Shown one piece after another: positions 23,957 to 24,000 of a stretch of 24,000 bases of DNA; within the stretch, counting starts at the first letter, position 1, and each line of letters begins with the position of its first letter. Both the position numbers and the translations under genes were made by a program. The notes under the pieces are model-generated. The model ran no database searches, had not been told where the DNA came from, and worked only from the letters and a program-made list of their open reading frames with translations. Source of the stretch: Candidatus Nanoarchaeia archaeon (GTDB lineage Archaea > Nanobdellota > Nanobdellia > Pacearchaeales > GW2011-AR1); NCBI GenBank assembly GCA_028711165.1, contig JAQTST010000001.1, positions 394,986 to 418,985 of the forward strand, read 5' to 3'.

Positions 23957-24000
23957 ATGCAACAATTTGAAAAACTTGGATTAAGCAAAGAAGTACTTTT
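23957..24000 (+). CDS. 5' end of an ORF running off the window; N-terminus resembles DEAD-box RNA helicases
   Basis: MQQFEKLGLSKEVL resembles the F..LGLS..ll start upstream of the Q motif. Only 14 codons are visible. Confidence 0.3.
   Translation, partial: MQQFEKLGLSKEVL

Noticed and set aside
1-24000. CRISPR arrays, transposases/integrases, IS elements, rRNA genes
   Set aside because: I found no regularly spaced repeats, no recombinase or transposase motifs, and no rRNA-like sequence. The only notable repeats are the 22-bp pair at 18549-18612 and the short imperfect pair at 6811-6844.

Overview
AT-rich archaeal chromosome segment. The archaeal assignment rests on the rpoE'-spt4-S24e-S27ae operon, two tRNAs with introns at the canonical 37/38 position, an Fcf1-type PIN protein, a class III (pilin-type) signal peptide and BRE/TATA-like promoters. 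The small overlapping genes, strong GGAGG Shine-Dalgarno sites and low G+C suggest a DPANN-like lineage, but that is inference only. Most genes are housekeeping: U32 peptidase-family protein, tRNA-His, LMW phosphatase, HisRS, Dph6-like ATP pyrophosphatase, ScpA, the RNAP/ribosomal protein operon, tRNA-Trp, MFS transporter, metallophosphoesterase, tRNA-Arg, cupin, Lhr-type helicase, and an ArsR-NifS-DUF1858-IscU Fe-S cluster locus. I saw no CRISPR array, transposase or integrase. The parts worth a second look: (1) a very AT-rich two-gene cassette (wHTH protein plus a wHTH-HEPN protein carrying an RNPDSH Rx4H motif) just downstream of the Lhr helicase, bounded by a 22-bp direct repeat that straddles the helicase stop codon; (2) a bacterial-type three-domain DisA diadenylate cyclase in an archaeal context; (3) a 340-nt ORF-free gap with a canonical BRE/TATA followed by an ATG-free stretch that forms a long imperfect hairpin (candidate ncRNA), next to an orphan 437-aa coiled-coil gene; (4) a tRNA-Arg whose 3' end lies 1 nt from the ATG of the metallophosphoesterase gene; (5) a 20-bp palindrome over the ArsR start codon. 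All family calls come from motif recognition by eye. No database search was run.
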